From Minisyncoccota bacterium (lineage in GTDB: Bacteria > Patescibacteriota > Minisyncoccia > Minisyncoccales > Minisyncoccaceae), in assembly GCA_041657325.1 (NCBI GenBank), contig JBBACA010000001.1:1-32000 (forward strand): 32,000 nt of DNA, given 5' to 3'. Under the pieces are notes generated by a model that made no database searches, had not been told where the DNA came from, and was given only the letters and a program-made list of their open reading frames with translations. This document shows, piece by piece, positions 30,012 through 32,000 of this stretch (its first letter is position 1; every line of letters starts with the position of its first letter). The position numbers and the translations under genes are program-made.

Positions 30012-32000
30012 AGAAGAAGAAATATTAAAATTCTGGGAAGATAACGATATCTTCCATAAATCAATCGAGAACAGAAAAGGTTCTCCGTATTTCAGTTTCT
30101 ATGACGGTCCTCCTTTTGCGACCGGAAAGCCTCACTACGGTCACATTTTAGCAACCACCATTAAAGATGCGGTTTTGAGATATTGGACAATGAAAGGATA
30201 TCAGGTGCCGAGAAGAGTGGGCTGGGATTGTCACGGTTTGCCGGTAGAAAACTTAATTGAAAAAGAATTAGGAATTAAAAACAAAAAGCAGATTGAAGAG
30301 ATGGGTATTCAGAAATTCAATGACGCTTGTCGAAATTCTGTATTTGCTTGCGTTGATGATTTTCAGAAAACATTACAAAGGGTAGGCAGATGGGCTGATT
30401 ACGATACTGCTTATTCCACTCTTGAAAATAACTATATTGAATCAGTTTGGTGGGTTTTAAAACAATTATGGGATAAAGAACTAGTAAATAGGAATTATAG
30501 AGTTTCTCCGTATTGTCCTCGTTGCGGAACCACTCTTTCTAATTTTGAAGTTAATCAGGGATACAAAGAAACCAGAGATAAGTCTGTTTATGTTAAATTT
30601 AAGATAACTGATAATAAAGAATTCGAAGATACTTATTTATTAGTTTGGACGACTACTCCATGGACCTTACCCGGCAACGTGGCTTTAGCGATAAACAAAG
30701 ACTTAGAATACAGCTTTATTAAAACTGCGAGCAATCAAGAATATGTTTTAGCGACTGACCGATTGTTTATTATTGAAGAAGAATATAAGACCATCAGAAA
30801 ATTCAAAGGTAGTGAATTAGTCGGAATAAAATACGAACCTTTATTTAATTATTTAAAAGAAGAAAAAGTAGATAACATCAAGAATGCTTATCAGGTATTA
30901 AATGGTGATTTCGTTTCTAATGAAGACGGAACGGGAATCGTTCATTTGAATCCCATGTATGGTGAAGATGATTTTAATATGGGCAAGACATATGAATTAC
31001 CTTTATTCCATACGGTTGATATTGCTGGTAATTTCAAAAAAGAAGTAACTGACTTTGCGGGCATGTCGGTAAAGGAAGCTAATCCGAAGATTATTGAAAA
31101 TCTTAAAGAAAAAGAACTTTTCTTTAAAGAAGAATTGATTGTTCATGAATATCCGCACTGCTGGAGATGCGATACTCCTTTATTGTATTATGCGATAGAA
31201 AGCTGGTATGTCATGGTTACTAAATTAAAAGAAAGATTAATAAAGAATAATAGTCAGATTCATTGGGTTCCCGATAATGTTAAAGAGGGAAGATTTGGTA
31301 AATGGCTGGAAGGAGCGAGAGATTGGGATATTAGTAGAAGCAGATTCTGGGGTGCTCCCATTCCGATTTGGCAATGTCCTGATTGTAAAGAAAAGATTTG
31401 TATCGGTTCAATTGAAGAAATAAATTCATTGGCGGTTAAAGAATATGATTTAAAAGACCTTCATCGTCCGTATATTGATGAAGTTGAATTGAAATGTAAA
31501 TGCGGAGGGAAAATGAAAAGAACTCCCGAAGTATTTGATTGCTGGTTTGAATCAGGGAGTATGCCCTATGCTCAATGGCATTATCCTTTTGAGAATAAGG
31601 AACTAGTTGAGAAAACATATCCCGCTGACTTTATCGCTGAAGGATTGGACCAAACCAGAGGTTGGTTCTATACTCTCCATGTTTTAGCTACTGCCTTAAC
31701 AATCGATGATATTGGACTAGGAAAAGACCATCCGGCTTTTAAGAACGTTATTGTTAATGGTTTAGTTTTAGATGATAAAGGAAGAAAATTATCTAAGAAA
31801 CTGAAGAACTATCCTGACCCGGCAGAAATGTTTGATTCTTATGGTGCTGATTCCTTAAGGTATTTTCTTTTGGCTTCAACTTCAATCGGAGAAGATTACA
31901 GATTTTCCGGAGATAAAGTTAAGGAATACTGGAGAAAGATTATTTCGGCTCTGGAAAACTGTTTTGTTTTCTATGAAACATATAAGGGGGAAGTTAAAGA
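30004..32000 (+). CDS. ileS: Isoleucyl-tRNA synthetase, 3' end outside window
   Basis: It is absent from the ORF track because no stop codon falls inside the window. My translation from ATG 30004 gives MNKEEEILKFWEDNDIF .. GPPFATGKPHYGHIL .. GWDCHGLP .. FIAEGLDQTRGWFYT .. KLSKKLKNY. The HYGH/KLSKK type resembles type-2 IleRS. Confidence 0.9.
   Translation, partial: MNKEEEILKFWEDNDIFHKSIENRKGSPYFSFYDGPPFATGKPHYGHILATTIKDAVLRYWTMKGYQVPRRVGWDCHGLPVENLIEKELGIKNKKQIEEMGIQKFNDACRNSVFACVDDFQKTLQRVGRWADYDTAYSTLENNYIESVWWVLKQLWDKELVNRNYRVSPYCPRCGTTLSNFEVNQGYKETRDKSVYVKFKITDNKEFEDTYLLVWTTTPWTLPGNVALAINKDLEYSFIKTASNQEYVLATDRLFIIEEEYKTIRKFKGSELVGIKYEPLFNYLKEEKVDNIKNAYQVLNGDFVSNEDGTGIVHLNPMYGEDDFNMGKTYELPLFHTVDIAGNFKKEVTDFAGMSVKEANPKIIENLKEKELFFKEELIVHEYPHCWRCDTPLLYYAIESWYVMVTKLKERLIKNNSQIHWVPDNVKEGRFGKWLEGARDWDISRSRFWGAPIPIWQCPDCKEKICIGSIEEINSLAVKEYDLKDLHRPYIDEVELKCKCGGKMKRTPEVFDCWFESGSMPYAQWHYPFENKELVEKTYPADFIAEGLDQTRGWFYTLHVLATALTIDDIGLGKDHPAFKNVIVNGLVLDDKGRKLSKKLKNYPDPAEMFDSYGADSLRYFLLASTSIGEDYRFSGDKVKEYWRKIISALENCFVFYETYKGEVK

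Noticed and set aside
122-31618. About 35 minus-strand ORFs of 60-126 aa in the supplied track, for example 122-349, 5824-6204, 6212-6541, 10452-10778, 20702-21070, 21733-22068, 23434-23769 and 31436-31618.
   Set aside because: Each is nested antisense inside a + strand gene with strong family motifs. Their translations are low-complexity (S/F/L/I/K-rich), as expected from reading AT-rich coding DNA backwards. None has a recognisable motif.
1-32000. A CRISPR array, rRNA, or an IS/transposon with terminal inverted repeats.
   Set aside because: No regularly spaced direct repeats, no rRNA-like conserved blocks and no transposase- or integrase-like ORF were seen on either strand.

Overview
This is a low-GC window (about one-third G+C by eye) that reads cleanly in the standard code. 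Every credible gene is on the + strand. I found no rRNA, intact tRNA, CRISPR array, integrase or transposase. The content suggests a small-genome bacterium, possibly Patescibacteria/CPR-like; that is inference only.

There are three blocks.

(1) 1-12.6 kb, lipid block. It holds a partial GT28-like glycosyltransferase and a catalytically degenerate ArgRS paralog. These are followed by a tightly coupled 11-gene operon: thiolase-like condensing enzyme, DUF35-DUF362 fusion, FabG, FabZ-FabK fusion, second FabK, PlsC, AccC, BCCP, BirA, carboxyltransferase and ferredoxin. The operon looks like a fatty-acid synthase with no ACP, FabD or KAS gene.

(2) 12.7-29 kb, mosaic accessory/defence-type island around the presumably functional argS. 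It contains:
- an HTH-Panacea antitoxin with a RelE/ParE-like toxin;
- an Mrr-type nuclease with a Zn finger;
- a trimmed amidohydrolase;
- a HEPN-like Zn-ribbon protein;
- a two-gene ATP-dependent R-M-like module (HKD/PLD nuclease-SNF2 helicase plus an 1145-aa Eco57I-like N6-adenine methyltransferase);
- a small PD-(D/E)xK-like protein, SppA, and a membrane-anchored HelD-like SF1 helicase ending in ankyrin repeats.
The island is punctuated by three kinds of gene-end scars. One is a 48-bp duplicate of the argS 3' end. One is a pair of tRNA-3'-end-like fragments sharing a perfect 19-bp repeat. One is a frameshifted sppA 3' fragment abutting the methyltransferase stop codon.

(3) 29.4-32 kb, housekeeping: a histidine phosphatase and a 3'-truncated type-2-like ileS.

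All functional calls rest on motif recognition by eye; no searches were run.
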